Below, in pieces: positions 62,166 to 64,000 of a DNA stretch of 64,000 nucleotides (position 1 is the stretch's first letter; the number at the start of each line of letters is the position of its first letter). Position numbers and translations under genes: made by a program. Location of the stretch: positions 310,001-374,000 of the forward strand of contig JASANG010003930.1 of the NCBI GenBank assembly GCA_030248215.1. The letters run 5' to 3'. The notes under the pieces are model-generated. The model was not told the DNA's origin. It made no database searches and was given only the letters and a program-made list of their open reading frames with translations. The DNA is from Enoplolaimus lenunculus (taxonomy: Eukaryota).

Positions 62166-63516
62166 TAAAAATGATGGTAATTAGTTAATTTTAGCCAATA
62201 TCTGCAATATGTTGTTTGGTTTTACGTTTTCTGCAAAAAAATCCAGAAATTCTTTTCTGAAAACTGACAAAAGTAAAACGAAATGCCCTAAACAGATAAA
62301 TTCTGCAAAATGTTACTGCCGAAATTGCCCGAACCTTCGGAAAAATTTTACCGGAGCCAGAGGCCGATTTTCTGCCGGAGCCAAACCTCAGGTTGTACCC
62401 CGGCAAAAACTAATTACCAAATTTTGCTTCACCTCCGACTAAGGCACAACTTGTTGACCTCCGGTTCCGAGTTCCATCTTTTCACCTCTGGTTGCATCCT
62501 GAATACATATCGACGTAACAAATTTATTTCGTACTGTATAGTTCGCTTATGTGATGTCCACTCAACTTTCCACAATAAAAACACCAACATAATGAATTTT
62601 ACTTCAGCACATCATTGTATGTATCGCTGACAAAACTGATATATAAGAACGTAGTTCGTGGCACTAATTTTGCAGCCACCACCAGAGTGCAACCAGAGAT
62701 GAAAAAAACGGAGCCGTTGTTGCCAGAGGTAACGACGAAAAACTTATTAAAAGCTATAACAACGATAACCACGGGTTAAATAAGACTGGCAGAGGTTGAA
62801 AAGGTATAACGAACCATGAAACTCAAGGAGGAGGATAACACTTTGGCGGGACGACTCAAAAAATTTATTGAAACTCAGCTTTTGTTAAATATTTGACGTA
62901 TATTTTGCAGAACTTGTATATAAACGGCAAATGAAAACGCAAAACCATCATCGAACTATACATTTTCCGTTACATTCAATTAGCAGTAATTCCATGGAAC
63001 AAAAAATATTTGTAATTAAGTTCCGGTGACAAACTGAGTTTTTTTAATGTTCCTGCTTCCTTTGAAATGTACTTACTGCTACAGCCCAGCAGAACAACCA
63101 AACCTGCAAATATTGCTGGCATAGGATAAAAAGTCAAGCAATTTCTTCTTTGCTAAATATTAGTAAATTTCTACGATTCGCTTCCAGCAACACAGCCTTC
63201 AACCCTAAAAGTGCAAGCTTCTGCGCATAGTTATCGAACTCCTTGTCTAAAAAATGAGGGTTGTTCCCCTACGTTCGAATTGTGTGTCCATGTATAGCCG
63301 TGGGCCTTAACAGTAGTTGTACAAGCATATTCCTAAGCATAAGCGTCAGCATAAGGAAGATAAGCGTTAAATAAGCTTAGGCCTAAGCCTAATCAAATAT
63401 AGTACAAAGCTTATGCTTCCTCCATTGTAGTACGCGGAAAAACGGTGACAGGGCATGTTGTTGTTTTGAATCTCAAAGCAATTACACGCAGCACAATAAC
63501 AAACAATTCATCGATT

Positions 63517-64000
63517 TTAAATACGAGCACGTTTCACAGCATTCCAACATTCGGACGCAAAATGATCCGCTTCCATAAGCCACGTCATTGCAATTAGCTT
63601 CACGTCTCCATGCTCAGAATTGTCAGATACTTTTAGCTGAACATCTTCCCCAAATGAAACGATATTGTTTTCGACTGTGAGTAACCTACTCGCTGGCAAC
63701 GTTTGATCCTGAGACACAGCGCGCGCAAGCAGATCTGCAAACTGTTGGCAGCTGCCAGAGTAAACTCGTTTGAGAGATTGTCGAAACTTCACTGGATGAT
63801 GCCTTAAGCCTAGAGCAGCAAGCGCATGCTTAGGGTCAAGTATTCTCAGATCACCCTGTGGACTAAGTACTAGAGTTCCATTAAACGGGCAAGCTCGTTT
63901 ACTTGGCAACGGATCGCGATCTAACGCTCGTTTAATAACTTTTCTCGAGGCGTCCACTACAATAGATGGTTGCGTCTTGCAAATCACGCTTTCGCCGTTC
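63517..64000 (-). CDS. INTS11: Integrator complex subunit 11 (CPSF3L), C-terminal coding end, 5' partial
   Basis: Frame open to window edge: NGESVICKTQPSIVVDAS..FNGTLVL..LGLRHHPVKF..AMTW resembles recalled INTS11 C-terminus (NGETVTL..PSIPV..LHGTLIM..LGL..HQLRF..VSW). Confidence 0.75.
   Translation of the reverse strand, partial: NGESVICKTQPSIVVDASRKVIKRALDRDPLPSKRACPFNGTLVLSPQGDLRILDPKHALAALGLRHHPVKFRQSLKRVYSGSCQQFADLLARAVSQDQTLPASRLLTVENNIVSFGEDVQLKVSDNSEHGDVKLIAMTWLMEADHFASECWNAVKRARI

Noticed and set aside
61505..62630. Cluster of overlapping ORFs
   Set aside because: Nested MITE and microsatellite sequence; no transposase or other motif.

Overview
AT-rich, intron-rich invertebrate animal DNA, not prokaryotic. 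TTTCAG/TTTTAG acceptors and scattered degenerate TTAGGC motifs hint at a nematode, but the taxon cannot be fixed from sequence alone. The left half (~0.1-34.5 kb, minus strand) holds a nearly complete Mi-2/CHD3/CHD4-type chromatin remodeller. I traced it through 42 phase-consistent GT-AG exons plus a candidate cassette exon; the start exon and last exon are uncertain. Its introns contain an initiator tRNA-Met gene, a ~2.7 kb 18-bp minisatellite, a dead duplicated exon and many MITEs. The region 34.5-56 kb has no recognisable coding exon and is dense in non-autonomous DNA transposons. It is followed by a 3-exon CutC gene (+), two piggyBac-like MITEs carrying a tRNA-like Pol III module, and the 3' coding end of INTS11/CPSF3L (-). 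I found no convincing novel multi-gene system. The best leads are the codon-structured intronic array, the expanded chromodomain-1 loop with a symmetric cassette exon, and the tRNA-bearing piggyBac MITE.
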